Below are positions 40,406 to 50,141 of a DNA stretch of 64,000 nt, in pieces; the first letter of the stretch is position 1; each line of letters opens with the position of its first letter. The translations under genes were made by a program, and so were the position numbers. The notes beneath the pieces are model-generated. The model was given only the letters and a program-made list of their open reading frames with translations, did not search any database and was not told where the DNA came from. The DNA comes from Candidatus Adlerbacteria bacterium (GTDB lineage: Bacteria > Patescibacteriota > Minisyncoccia > Phycocordibacterales > SBAW01): assembly GCA_963749085.1 (NCBI GenBank), contig CAVVLG010000003.1, positions 5,432 to 69,431 of the forward strand, read 5' to 3'.

Positions 40406-40867
40406 TTATTTTCCCCGACTGAGCCTATCTCTAATGTAGATAAAATGTTTCTGCGACACCGGCTGAACGGAGAGACGGGAACCAGGTGCGAGCGCGAGCA
40501 TGCCTTTGAGTTCAGGATCGGCTTTCATTTGATAGAGCGACACCGGCTCTTTGAACTTCTCGACAAACGCGACGTCGACGCAGTACCAAATAGGTTTCTC
40601 TTTCGTGGCTTTGGGATCGAAGTGCGAATCTTTTTTGTCGAACTGAGTTGTATCCGGATGCGCACTGGCGACAACCTTCGCTACGCCATAGACGCCCTTC
40701 TCCTTAGTGCTTGAGTGATAAAAGAGGCAGAGGTCTCCCACTTCCATGCTCTGCATGAAGTTGCGCGCCTGATAGTTGCGCACTCCGCTCCAAGACTCAA
40801 CCTTGTCGCGTCTCAAATGATCAATGCCGTAGCTCTCGGGTTCCGATTTCAGAAGCCAGTACTGCAT
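40406..40867 (-). CDS. EVE domain protein
   Basis: YWLLKSEP, WSGVRNYQARN, FYHS, RLSVQPV. Confidence 0.93.
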   Translation of the reverse strand: MQYWLLKSEPESYGIDHLRRDKVESWSGVRNYQARNFMQSMEVGDLCLFYHSSTKEKGVYGVAKVVASAHPDTTQFDKKDSHFDPKATKEKPIWYCVDVAFVEKFKEPVSLYQMKADPELKGMLALAPGSRLSVQPVSQKHFIYIRDRLSRGK

Positions 40868-40869
40868 CG

Positions 40870-41802
40870 CTATTGTCCCAAAATAAGGGAGCGGCGAATG
40901 CCGTCAAACTGCGAGAGAAGCGCCGTTTGATTGAAGGGCACGACAACACCCGGCGGATAATTGCCGATGTCGGTTGAATGTATAAAGTAGCGCACGGCGA
41001 TGCAGGGACTAGCGCCCGGAATGGCGTACACCATTTCAGCATAGAAATTACCCGCGCCGGCGCCGCCTCCCTGCCCCACCAAATACGTCGTCCCGTTATC
41101 AACCAAGGTCGTGGTGCTCTGCAAATCGTTCATGAACGGCTCCGGGCTACACTGCGAGAGTCCCGGCAGCCATTCCACCGAAACGCCGGTGTCGAAACTT
41201 GAGAGATTAGTGCCGGTCGCTATGGCCGGGTCGATGACAAATTTCACGCCGTTGATAGTCTGTCCCGGTCCGAGATACGTGTACTGATAATCAGGCTGAA
41301 CCGTATAACCTTGTGGGTAGCGGATGGAGAAGCCGAGCGTTGAGGAGGCGAAGGTGTTCCATCCCTCCTGGCCGGAGATATTGCTGACCGCAATGCAGCC
41401 GCTGTAAGTTTCGGGAGCGTTGGTGCTGGTGCCTTCGGTCGTAAACGCGTTCTCACCTTCAGTCCAGAAGACAAATGAGTTATCGGCGTTGGCGTAGCGC
41501 GCGCCGGAGGCGGAAATAGCCTGCGGCAAGCTCAGCGAACGTCCGTCGCTTAACACAATGGAGACACTCCCAGTCGGTATGGGCGGTTGCCCATAGGCAG
41601 GCGCGGAAGGAGTAGTGGTGCCGTTATAAAAGGTGGCGGCGATCGACTTGCCGCCGTCGCAGTAAAACGTGACTTGATTAATTTCTTGCGGAGTTTGCGC
41701 TGGCGAACCGAGTAAGGACGTAAGCCATGTAGAATCGCGGTAGCTATATACCAGGCCGGCCGCGATGACCAAAAAAACACCAAGAAAAAGGGCCCATTTC
41801 AC
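40870..41802 (-). CDS. MliC (lysozyme-inhibitor) domain surface protein
   Basis: FYCDGGK..LPQAISASGARYAN..FWTEG. Confidence 0.8.
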   Translation of the reverse strand: MKWALFLGVFLVIAAGLVYSYRDSTWLTSLLGSPAQTPQEINQVTFYCDGGKSIAATFYNGTTTPSAPAYGQPPIPTGSVSIVLSDGRSLSLPQAISASGARYANADNSFVFWTEGENAFTTEGTSTNAPETYSGCIAVSNISGQEGWNTFASSTLGFSIRYPQGYTVQPDYQYTYLGPGQTINGVKFVIDPAIATGTNLSSFDTGVSVEWLPGLSQCSPEPFMNDLQSTTTLVDNGTTYLVGQGGGAGAGNFYAEMVYAIPGASPCIAVRYFIHSTDIGNYPPGVVVPFNQTALLSQFDGIRRSLILGQ

Positions 41803-41902
41803 GCGGGTTAGTATATCACCACCCCACCCTGAAGCGAAACTAAAGGGGTATATACTTTACATGAGGTCTATTTAATAACCGCTAGTAACAAACATAACTC
41901 AT

Positions 41903-42415
41903 ATGTGGCACAGCATTCTTTCGGGCATAGTGGGGGTGGGGCTCACTACCGCGGCTTTCTTCGGATTCGGAGGAACGGCATCGACGACTCTTCCACCACA
42001 GTTTAATACTTTCAGCTCGACAACCGCATCGACGACGCGGCCCTTCGGCGGATATGGAAACTCCTTAGGGAACGTTTCAAGCACGACTATCGCCTGCGTG
42101 GGCGCCGCAGTTGCAACCCGTGAACAAAGCATGGACACCGCGGAAATCACTTTCACGGGTGCAGTAAATGCGGCTTACACGGCGCGTGCGGCTGCACTTG
42201 CAAGTGCCTACCAGGCAAGTACCACAAGCGAGGTACACACGGACATACAAAGTGCGTGGCGCACTTTTACAAGCTCAGCAAAGAATGCGCGGCAAACATG
42301 GAATTCAAGCCGGAGAAGTGCGTGGTCGGCGTTTGCCGCTGCGGCAAAAGCCTGCAAAGCGCCGGCTTCCATTACTGATACCTCGGATCAATCCTTGGAA
42401 CTTCAAGGCCAGTAG
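41903..42415 (+). CDS. secreted helical protein
   Basis: Signal-like N-terminus; C..A...RE..W..F..W..F...C pattern. Confidence 0.65.
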   Translation: MWHSILSGIVGVGLTTAAFFGFGGTASTTLPPQFNTFSSTTASTTRPFGGYGNSLGNVSSTTIACVGAAVATREQSMDTAEITFTGAVNAAYTARAAALASAYQASTTSEVHTDIQSAWRTFTSSAKNARQTWNSSRRSAWSAFAAAAKACKAPASITDTSDQSLELQGQ

Positions 42416-42425
42416 CAGAAATGCC

Positions 42426-42596
42426 TTATTTCATCCGCACACCCTTGAAAGTCTTCCCCTTCCTAGCCATCTGATCCATGAAGCGACCGGTCTTATTGTT
42501 AACTTTGGTCCAGCGCTTGTTGCGCGAGGAGAGCACTTGCGAGCGGTTTTTTACTTCGCCCTTGCGACCCTTCCCTTTGGATCGTAATTTCGCCAT
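42426..42596 (-). CDS. 56-aa basic protein (absent from the ORF track)
   Basis: MAKLRSKGKGRKGEVKNRSQVLSSRNKRWTKVNNKTGRFMDQMARKGKTFKGVRMK; TATACT 8 nt upstream. Confidence 0.75.
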   Translation of the reverse strand: MAKLRSKGKGRKGEVKNRSQVLSSRNKRWTKVNNKTGRFMDQMARKGKTFKGVRMK

Positions 42597-42690
42597 ACCC
42601 CAGTAGTATACCGCCCTTTTTGGTTGTGTTTTTCCACATACCCGCTAGTATCAGTGCGGATTGAACGTTCTCTAACAAGGAGGTTACGAG

Positions 42691-44115
42691 ATGGTAAATC
42701 TCGCACTGCCGGGCAACCCCCGGTATCAGCCGAAAGACCTTATACCATACTTCGGCTACGACAGGCTCGTACGGCCGTTCATCCAGGTGGAAATCGCGAC
42801 GATCAGAACGCTCGCTGAATTCAATGTTATCGAGCGAGCCGACATCGAGCTGTTCACCATGGAAGTTGAAACGAAACTCCTCTCGATTACTACGTCCGAT
42901 GTGGACAAGGTCGAGCGGGAGATAACCAAGCACGATATCCGCGCGCTCGTGCGGGTGATGCAGGACATCCTGCCTGCGCCGCTGCGGCGGTGGGTGCACT
43001 TGCCACTGACCAGCTACGACGTCATTGATACCGGGCGAGCATTGCAGTTTGCGTGGGCGCATGCCGCGGTCATACGTCCAAAAGTTGAAGAAGTCATCGC
43101 CTGTCTGTATCATCAGGCACTCGATAACGTGAACCTCGTGCAGATAGGCAGAACGCACGGGCAGCACGCATTACCCATAACGGTAGGCTTCTGGTTCGCG
43201 GGCATCCTCAACCGCGTGCTCTTCAACATTATGGAGGCAAGCCATTACGCTCAGGGGCTTGTCGGAAAGATCTCGGGCGCCGTCGGCGCGTACAACGCAT
43301 CGGCGAGTCTCGACATCGCGACGCGCGGCGGCATGGACTTCGAAAGAAGGGTGCTTGAAAGGCTGGGACTCAAACCTGCACCCATAAGCACCCAGATAGT
43401 GCCGCCGGAGCCGCTGGCCTACTATCTCCATTCGTGTCTTATGCTCTCGGCGTCGCTGGGCCAGTTCGGTCGCGATGCCAGACATCTAATGCGCAGCGAG
43501 ATAGGCGAACTTGCGGAACCGTTCGAGAAGGGCCAGGTCGGCTCCTCGACCATGGCGCACAAGCGCAATCCGCTTAACTTCGAAAATACGGAAGGAATGT
43601 GGATCAAGAACAAGAATGAGTTCGGCAAGGTGCTCGATACGCTCATTAGCGAGCATCAGCGGGATCTTGTCGGAAGTTCGGTCGCGCGCGACTTCCCCAT
43701 TATCCTCGTCAATCTGACCTATCAGCTCGATACGCTTCTGCGAAAAAACTCTACCGGAGAATCATTCCTCGATCGGCTCATTGTCGACGAGGAAGCCTGC
43801 AGGAGAAACTTGGAGCGGCAGGGCGATGTCATTCTGGCCGAGCCGATATACCTCGCACTTCAGATGTACGGGTACGAGGGCGATGCGCATGAAGTCATCA
43901 ATCATCGGGCGATACCGCTTGTCAGTAACGGCCGGACGCTTGTTGAGGCTGTGGAGTTTCTGACGACGGAGGACACAACACTACAGGCAGCGTGGAATAA
44001 CATCCCCCTTGATTTGCACCTCCTCTTTCGAAAGCCAGAAAAGTACGTTGGTCTTGCGCAAGAAAAAGTATTGGCGATCTGTAAAGAAGCTGAAACCTAT
44101 CTTGGCGGACACTGA
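42691..44115 (+). CDS. purB: adenylosuccinate lyase
   Basis: TKHD, GRTHGQHA, GSSTMAHKRNP fumarase-family signature. Confidence 0.9.
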   Translation: MVNLALPGNPRYQPKDLIPYFGYDRLVRPFIQVEIATIRTLAEFNVIERADIELFTMEVETKLLSITTSDVDKVEREITKHDIRALVRVMQDILPAPLRRWVHLPLTSYDVIDTGRALQFAWAHAAVIRPKVEEVIACLYHQALDNVNLVQIGRTHGQHALPITVGFWFAGILNRVLFNIMEASHYAQGLVGKISGAVGAYNASASLDIATRGGMDFERRVLERLGLKPAPISTQIVPPEPLAYYLHSCLMLSASLGQFGRDARHLMRSEIGELAEPFEKGQVGSSTMAHKRNPLNFENTEGMWIKNKNEFGKVLDTLISEHQRDLVGSSVARDFPIILVNLTYQLDTLLRKNSTGESFLDRLIVDEEACRRNLERQGDVILAEPIYLALQMYGYEGDAHEVINHRAIPLVSNGRTLVEAVEFLTTEDTTLQAAWNNIPLDLHLLFRKPEKYVGLAQEKVLAICKEAETYLGGH

Positions 44116-44120
44116 AAAGC

Positions 44121-44152
44121 ACAGCACGCGGCAATACCGCGTGCTGTTTTTT
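44121..44152 (+). terminator. intrinsic terminator after purB
   Basis: ACAGCACGCGG-CAATA-CCGCGTGCTGT + T-run. Confidence 0.75.
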
Positions 44153-44346
44153 TATTTCTGCAGGCGTTTGACGTCAGTAAGGCAGCGCAAGCATACTTTT
44201 TGTGCCGGACGCGTTTTTAGGTAGCGGTTGCCGCACGGGCAAATAATTACCGGGGTGATATGGGTTTTTTCAACCCAGTGGCCATCCTGTTGGAAAGTCT
44301 TAGTAGGCCCTTTGGTTTGAACGTATTTTCGGGGTTGGTCGGCCAT
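44152..44346 (-). CDS. small Zn-binding hypothetical protein
   Basis: CPCG...CLRC. Confidence 0.6.
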   Translation of the reverse strand: MADQPRKYVQTKGPTKTFQQDGHWVEKTHITPVIICPCGNRYLKTRPAQKVCLRCLTDVKRLQK

Positions 44347-44383
44347 GAAAGCCTGCGAACCTTACGCGAAAAACCCTTATTTG

Positions 44384-45610
44384 TCAATGCGCTTCAACGA
44401 ATGTGAGCGCGATGCCTTTTTTGCCGGCCCGCCCCGTGCGGCCGATGCGGTGTATGTAATCTTCATGACTCGCGGGCATGTCGTAGTTGATGACGTGGGA
44501 GACGCCGTTGATGTCGAGCCCACGCGCAGCCACATCGGTCGCCACCAGCACCTGTACGTGATCGCGCTTGAACAGATCGAGCGCTTTTTGCCGGCGGCTT
44601 TGCGTTTTATTGCCGTGTATAGATTCCGCCTTGAATCCGCGGGCTACCAAAGCTTTTGAAAGTTTTTCAACCCCGTGTTTGGTGCGGCCAAATACAAGTA
44701 CTTTGTTAAATTCCGGTTTGATGAGCATGTCGTGCAGTATTTCAATTTTAGATGCGCCGGGTGGCACGCGCACCACGTCCTGCTCGACATCCTTCGGGGT
44801 CTCGCGGGTTTTAACCGATATGCGCACGGGCTCCTTAAGGAAATCTTTAATGAGCACCTCTATTTCGCGCGAGAGTGTCGCCGAGAAAAAAAGCGTATGG
44901 CGCACTTTGGCGCAGTGGGAGAGGATAAAGCGCATGTCGCCTATGAAACCCATGTCGAGCATGCGGTCGGCTTCGTCCAACACGACGTTGGAGAAGCCCG
45001 TGAGCACCAAGGCTTTCCTCTCCATGAGATCTTTGAGCCTCCCCGGCGTGCCGATGACGAAATTAGGATTGCGGCGCAAGTCCTGAATTTGATTGTAGGC
45101 GGATGCGCCCCCGACACAGATGGCGGAGAAAATACGCAACCCCTGCGCGAAGCCGCGCAACTCCTCCCCTATCTGCACCGCCAGCTCGCGCGTGGGAACG
45201 ACGATCAGTACTTTTTCGCTTCGATTCTTTAAAATTTTATTGATGAGCGGAATAAGAAATGCGGCGGTCTTTCCCGTGCCGGTGTTGGCGATACCGACGA
45301 CATCGAGCCCACGCAAAATGTGCGGAATGGTGCGATCTTGTATGGGGGTCGGCGTCGTGTAGCCCTTGGCAATGATATTTTTCTTCAGCGACTCTTCAAT
45401 GGCAAAATCGGTGAACTGATGCTCCGGCACGAAGTGCTCGACTTGCTCGGTGATGACCGCCTTGTTTATGAATTTGGATATGTCGATGCGCGGCTGCACA
45501 AAACCCTTCCCCCGGTTCTGATTAAACGGGCGACGCTGGTTGAACGGTCTGCGAGAATACTTGTTTCGATTGCTGAAACTTCTTTCGCTGCGCTGATGAT
45601 ACTGAGGCAT
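44384..45610 (-). CDS. DEAD-box RNA helicase
   Basis: TGTGKT, PTRELA, DEAD, SAT, HRIGRTGR. Confidence 0.96.
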   Translation of the reverse strand: MPQYHQRSERSFSNRNKYSRRPFNQRRPFNQNRGKGFVQPRIDISKFINKAVITEQVEHFVPEHQFTDFAIEESLKKNIIAKGYTTPTPIQDRTIPHILRGLDVVGIANTGTGKTAAFLIPLINKILKNRSEKVLIVVPTRELAVQIGEELRGFAQGLRIFSAICVGGASAYNQIQDLRRNPNFVIGTPGRLKDLMERKALVLTGFSNVVLDEADRMLDMGFIGDMRFILSHCAKVRHTLFFSATLSREIEVLIKDFLKEPVRISVKTRETPKDVEQDVVRVPPGASKIEILHDMLIKPEFNKVLVFGRTKHGVEKLSKALVARGFKAESIHGNKTQSRRQKALDLFKRDHVQVLVATDVAARGLDINGVSHVINYDMPASHEDYIHRIGRTGRAGKKGIALTFVEAH

Positions 45611-45649
45611 TAAGACGTTAACAATAGCAAATGAAACCTTATTTGTCAA

Positions 45650-45892
45650 CTACTCATCCTTGCTATCGTCATCATCTGTGCCGGAATTTCCTTTTCCCCA
45701 CTCTTTGTCTTTGCGCCAATACCGGCGCATACGATAGCCTCCCCACCACCAACGGCGGCCTTCAAGCATGGAGATGCCGATGATAATAAGAAGGACAGGC
45801 CAGATGACGCCCCACGAGATGGACGGCAGAAGCCCCAGGTTATGAAGGAGAAAAAATATGCCGACCAAAATGACTATGAGTCCTACCATCAT
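45650..45892 (-). CDS. DUF5668/LiaF-like small membrane protein
   Basis: GLIVILVGIFFLLHNLG..WPVLLIIIG. Confidence 0.75.
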   Translation of the reverse strand: MMVGLIVILVGIFFLLHNLGLLPSISWGVIWPVLLIIIGISMLEGRRWWWGGYRMRRYWRKDKEWGKGNSGTDDDDSKDE

Positions 45893-45899
45893 ACGTCGA

Positions 45900-47369
45900 T
45901 TATAACACGTTCCAGATGTTCGGATCCTCCGCCCCGTCGAACTTAAATATGGCCACACCGCGTATGCCCAGCTGTTTTGCGAGCGCCACTTTTTGCCCGA
46001 TGGCGTTAGCATCACTCCAGTCGACGAAATTGAACACCGGCGCTCCCGTGGGTGTAGAGGTACCGTCCGTGTAGGAGATTGCTGGGATGTCAAAGGAACT
46101 CCCCGGGTCCAAGTCGAGCTGATCCCCTGTCGGTTGGTAATTGCCGGAGGAGTGGTAGCTGAAGGAAAGCTCCCCCGCGGAGTTTCGAATGGGTGAAATA
46201 TCCAGCACGCTTGCAAGCGCGGTCGCGTACGGCGGATCAAACGGCCATAGCATTTGGTATTCATAGGCGTATCCGGTCGTGCTTGAGACGACCGGTGTCA
46301 CTTGAAACTCGTAGCCATAGGTCGGAATGCCGAGAATTATTTTATTTCTCGAAATAGATTGGGCGGCGAGATTCACCAAATCGGTGTCCCATTTGGGATC
46401 TGCAACCGGCTGATACGGACCGGTTTGCACTTCATTGAGCGAGAGGTCGACGCTCCCTTGGTCATACGCCATGATTTGGACTCGGTCGCAGTATTTGTTC
46501 ATCGCAACGTAGTCGTTGGCATAATCGGTGGCGTCTTGAGGAACCGTGGCTTCCACGTCATATCTATCGGTGAGCGGCATACGAGACTCTGCCGTGCAAT
46601 ATACCCATTTGTTTCCCATGCGCTCATAAAGACCTTGGAGGAATGTGGAGAAATAATCGCGGGTCTCGGCTTCCTTCGCTTCAAAATCAATATCGATGCC
46701 GTCGAAGTCGTTTTCTTTGACTGTGTCCGCTATCTGCTCCTCCAGAGCGATACGCTCGGTAGTACTGCTCAATACGGCCTGTTCGTCCGCCCCGTTGCCC
46801 CATTCAACCGTCGGTATGATCCAGGTTTTTTCAGCCTTCGCTTGCGCTATGAAAGCGGGCCATGGTGCTTGCTCTATGTCGGCGGAATCGACGAGGGTTC
46901 CGTCGCTTGAGACCGTGTAGCCAAATGGCATTACCGCGGTCATTTCTTTCAGATGTGGGAATACATCCTCGGTGCCCGACGCGGCACTCCAATCCGGTAT
47001 CCAGCCTGAAAGCTCAAACGGCCCGGTGGCACGTCCGGTGAGAGAGTCCCCCGTTAAGAACACCTGCGAGATTGAGGTGCCGTCATTTGCAAGCGCGGCC
47101 TGAGTGTGGGGTCCAGCGATGCCATAACCTGAACCGCCTGAACAGGTAATATCCTCGGCGCATTGAAAATTCTCCACTGCCGTCTGCGTCGCCACGTTGA
47201 AATGGCCGCTTTGGTTGCCCAGAGGAAGATAGCCTTGGGATATAAGTTCCTCTTGCACGGTCACAACGTCGCTTCCCGAAAGACCGAGATGGAGGGAGCG
47301 TGCGGCGGCGAGTACGCTCACCGGCATGAGCATTAAAATAACAAAAAAGAGTAAGGCTCGTTTATACAT
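45900..47369 (-). CDS. GH18 glycoside hydrolase with PG-binding domain
   Basis: DVVTVQEEL..FQ..GIAGPHT; DGIDIDFE catalytic motif; IMAYD; LGIPTYG. Confidence 0.88.
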   Translation of the reverse strand: MYKRALLFFVILMLMPVSVLAAARSLHLGLSGSDVVTVQEELISQGYLPLGNQSGHFNVATQTAVENFQCAEDITCSGGSGYGIAGPHTQAALANDGTSISQVFLTGDSLTGRATGPFELSGWIPDWSAASGTEDVFPHLKEMTAVMPFGYTVSSDGTLVDSADIEQAPWPAFIAQAKAEKTWIIPTVEWGNGADEQAVLSSTTERIALEEQIADTVKENDFDGIDIDFEAKEAETRDYFSTFLQGLYERMGNKWVYCTAESRMPLTDRYDVEATVPQDATDYANDYVAMNKYCDRVQIMAYDQGSVDLSLNEVQTGPYQPVADPKWDTDLVNLAAQSISRNKIILGIPTYGYEFQVTPVVSSTTGYAYEYQMLWPFDPPYATALASVLDISPIRNSAGELSFSYHSSGNYQPTGDQLDLDPGSSFDIPAISYTDGTSTPTGAPVFNFVDWSDANAIGQKVALAKQLGIRGVAIFKFDGAEDPNIWNVL

Positions 47370-47430
47370 CCGTCCCATTGTAGCAGATACTACTAATTGG
47401 AAGCGTTATATGGCTATTTTTGGAGCTCGG

Positions 47431-47727
47431 TTACCCAAGTACCGCGACTTTGTCCCCCACCGAGACGTTCTCCACCGAAAGCGCAGTTGCGCCAATACCG
47501 AGTCCTTGGGTTATTTTTGCGCCGGACGTATCCACCCTATATGTTGTGGTGACACCGTGTTTGCCGCTCTTCCCTGAAACAGTAATAGTAGAGTCGTTAA
47601 TTGCGGTTACCGAGCCGAAAATGGCCGGCGGGACATTTTGTTTCTCGGCGGCGAGTGCCGAGCCTCCAAAAAGAAGCGAGCCCGCAACCATCGAACTTCC
47701 AATGATATATATCAGTTTATTTTTCAT
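47431..47727 (-). CDS. secreted OB-fold (DUF5666-like) protein, possibly truncated
   Basis: Signal peptide; GSVTAINDSTITV..VSVGDKVAVLG ends abruptly. Confidence 0.55.
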   Translation of the reverse strand: MKNKLIYIIGSSMVAGSLLFGGSALAAEKQNVPPAIFGSVTAINDSTITVSGKSGKHGVTTTYRVDTSGAKITQGLGIGATALSVENVSVGDKVAVLG

Positions 47728-47807
47728 GTATTCACCTATATATACGAATAGTCCTTTCCAAGCGGTGTGTTGCATATTGAGTCATTTCGTTTTACTTTTA
47801 TGTTTAT

Positions 47808-47878
47808 TGGGAGATCGTCTAATGGTAGGACAACAGACTCTGGATCTGTTTATCTAGGTTCGAATCCTAGTCTCCCAG
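47808..47878 (+). tRNA. tRNA-Gln(CUG)
   Basis: TGGGAGA/TCTCCCA acceptor, ACAGA-CTCTGGA-TCTGT anticodon arm, GGTTCGAATCC. Confidence 0.95.
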
Positions 47879-47889
47879 CAAATTAAGTT

Positions 47890-48606
47890 ATGAGTAATTT
47901 ACCAACACGAAAGTTTTCTCCAAGCGAACTACAAAATTGGAAAGATAAAATCTTTGGTATTTATGAAAGGATGAAAGCTAAGTCCCAAACACCATACACT
48001 GTCATCTATGGTGGCTTAGAACTGGTTGTGTTTCCAAATGTATATGCGCCCGAATTTTTCGATGACAGCTTGTGGTATGCAAAACAGCTCAAGGAAATTG
48101 TGGGAAATAAATCTCTTCTGGAAATTGGTACAGGAACGGGAGTGATTTCTATTTTCTGCGCTAAAAACGGCGCAAAAATTGTAGCCACAGACATCAACCC
48201 CGATGCGGTAAAAAATGCACAAGCAAATGCCAAAAAACACAATCTGCCTGTTTCAATAAGAGAAGGCAATCTCTACGAACCACTTTCTGCAGAAGAAAAG
48301 TTTGATTTTATATTTTGGGCACATCCGTTTAATTCATGGGATATGCCGGTTGATATGTTACTTGCATCGGGAATTGACCCGCGATACGAAGGTCTGAGGG
48401 GATACATAGCTGGAGCCAAAAATCATTTAACACAAAATGGTAAGCTTCTTTTAGGTACAGGAGACAGTGCCGACTTGAAGTTAATTGAGTCAATCGGCAA
48501 GGAAAACGGCTACACCTTGAAACTCTTGCGAGAAATTGACCAACCTCTAGAACCGGGTAAGGATGCACATATTAAAGACCTAATATACGAGTTCGTCTCT
48601 GATTAA
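47890..48606 (+). CDS. class I SAM-dependent methyltransferase (HemK/MTS-like)
   Basis: LLEIGTGTG, ATDINPDAV, WAHPF. Confidence 0.85.
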   Translation: MSNLPTRKFSPSELQNWKDKIFGIYERMKAKSQTPYTVIYGGLELVVFPNVYAPEFFDDSLWYAKQLKEIVGNKSLLEIGTGTGVISIFCAKNGAKIVATDINPDAVKNAQANAKKHNLPVSIREGNLYEPLSAEEKFDFIFWAHPFNSWDMPVDMLLASGIDPRYEGLRGYIAGAKNHLTQNGKLLLGTGDSADLKLIESIGKENGYTLKLLREIDQPLEPGKDAHIKDLIYEFVSD

Positions 48607-48640
48607 AGTTCGGATAACGTCCCACGCTCCCAGCAAATTT

Positions 48641-49045
48641 ATGGAAGATAAAAAGAAACATTTTCTCGGTAACGTTGCGCAAAAAGCAATCATTGAGAAT
48701 AGCGGCAAGATTCTTGTCTGCCGAGGTATAGGGGACAAGGTATGGGAGTTTCCCGGCGGACGTTTGCACGCAGGAGAGGCTCCGGTCGAAGGCATTGCCC
48801 GTGAAATAAGAGAAGAGCTTGGTCTCGAAATAAAAAATATCAAACCTTTTCGCGTTGAACCCTCGTTTCATTACAAAAGCAACATGCATCAGGTTTTTAT
48901 CGCATACACTTGCACTTGCGACGATGTGCAAATAAGGACCGACGCTACCGAAGTTGAAGAAATGAAGTGGGTGTCGAAAAAAGACTTACAAACCCTGCCG
49001 ATGTTTGATGACTGCGACTCTGTTAAGAAAGCTTTTCTTTTATAA
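48641..49045 (+). CDS. NUDIX hydrolase (MutT-like)
   Basis: WEFPGGRLHAGE..AREIREELG. Confidence 0.9.
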   Translation: MEDKKKHFLGNVAQKAIIENSGKILVCRGIGDKVWEFPGGRLHAGEAPVEGIAREIREELGLEIKNIKPFRVEPSFHYKSNMHQVFIAYTCTCDDVQIRTDATEVEEMKWVSKKDLQTLPMFDDCDSVKKAFLL

Positions 49046-49172
49046 GGGTTCCAACATCGTACCAGACACCAAGCAATTTACACTCATCCTCCGTTCATCT
49101 ATAACATCGTAGATTGAATAGAATAATAGTAGAATGAGGTAAAGTTAAAAATTAACCTGTATATAAAATGAT

Positions 49173-49574
49173 ATGAGCAACAGACCAATACATTTTGAGA
49201 TTCAGGCGGACGACGCAGAGCGGGCGAAAAAATTTTATGAAAATTCGTTTGGCTGGAAAATAGACAAATCGACCATGCCGGGCGTCGGCATGGATTATTG
49301 GATGGTCGTGACGGGCGAAGGCCCAGGCATTAACGGCGGACTATACAAGCGGTCCGATAATCCAAAACGCAAAATCACGACATTTGACTGCACGATACAA
49401 GTGGACAATATCGAAAAAGTTATCGCAGCCATAAAAGCGAACGGCGGAAAAATCGAGCCCTGGGAGGGAAAGGAAAAATGGGAGATGAAGGGCTTGGGAT
49501 GGTTTTCTCGCGCGATAGATTCCGAAGGGAACAGGTTCGGGCTTCTGCAGCCAACGGAGTGGCAAGCAAAATAA
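49173..49574 (+). CDS. VOC/glyoxalase family protein
   Basis: HFEIQADDAERAKKFY..FGW..DSEGNRFGL. Confidence 0.9.
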   Translation: MSNRPIHFEIQADDAERAKKFYENSFGWKIDKSTMPGVGMDYWMVVTGEGPGINGGLYKRSDNPKRKITTFDCTIQVDNIEKVIAAIKANGGKIEPWEGKEKWEMKGLGWFSRAIDSEGNRFGLLQPTEWQAK

Positions 49575-49636
49575 TTTACTTTCACTAACAGGGGCATATG
49601 AACAGGTTTGCCCTATTGAAATCTGTCCCTACCTCA

Positions 49637-49993
49637 ATGAACAAGAAAAGCAGAAACCTTGACGACTGGCGCAAAAAGACACTATCGCGGATTCGTGCGC
49701 TTATCAAGCGAGCCGACCCGAAGGTAGTCGAGAAAATAAAATGGAGAAAACCCTCTAATCCCGGCGGGATTCCCGTGTGGTATCACGACGGGATGATTTG
49801 CACCGGCGAGACCTACAAGAGCCACCTACGGCTGACCTTCGCCAAAGGGACCTCTCTCAAGGACCCAAAAGGTCTCTTCAACGCTTTCCGCGCCGTTGTC
49901 ATACGCGAAGGCGACAAGATCGATGAGGCAGCCTTCAAGAACGTCATCCGTGCTGCGGTGACTCTCAATCGAAAAGACAAGGGCGGACGGTAG
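49637..49993 (+). CDS. DUF1801 domain protein
   Basis: RIRALIKRADP..KW..LTFAKG..IDEAAFKNVIRAAV. Confidence 0.85.
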   Translation: MNKKSRNLDDWRKKTLSRIRALIKRADPKVVEKIKWRKPSNPGGIPVWYHDGMICTGETYKSHLRLTFAKGTSLKDPKGLFNAFRAVVIREGDKIDEAAFKNVIRAAVTLNRKDKGGR

Positions 49994-50141
49994 CTGACCC
50001 CTTTGAGACTCAAATCATGTGGTGAATCGTCTATAAGCGGAATGCGCAGGCCTTGTTGGACAGGCTGTATGCATCGTTGAAAGCGCGGTCCGGGGTTCCA
50101 CCGTAGTCCCCGGCTCCCAGCGCACAAGGTACAATAAACGT

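Noticed and set aside
45893-46264. N-terminal part of the 204-aa ORF 45650..46264
   Set aside because: Overlaps GH18 in another frame; the real gene starts at 45892
50041-50125. Two hairpins upstream of the doxD-like gene
   Set aside because: Imperfect stems with no recognisable riboswitch core; they lie upstream of the gene's own -10 box
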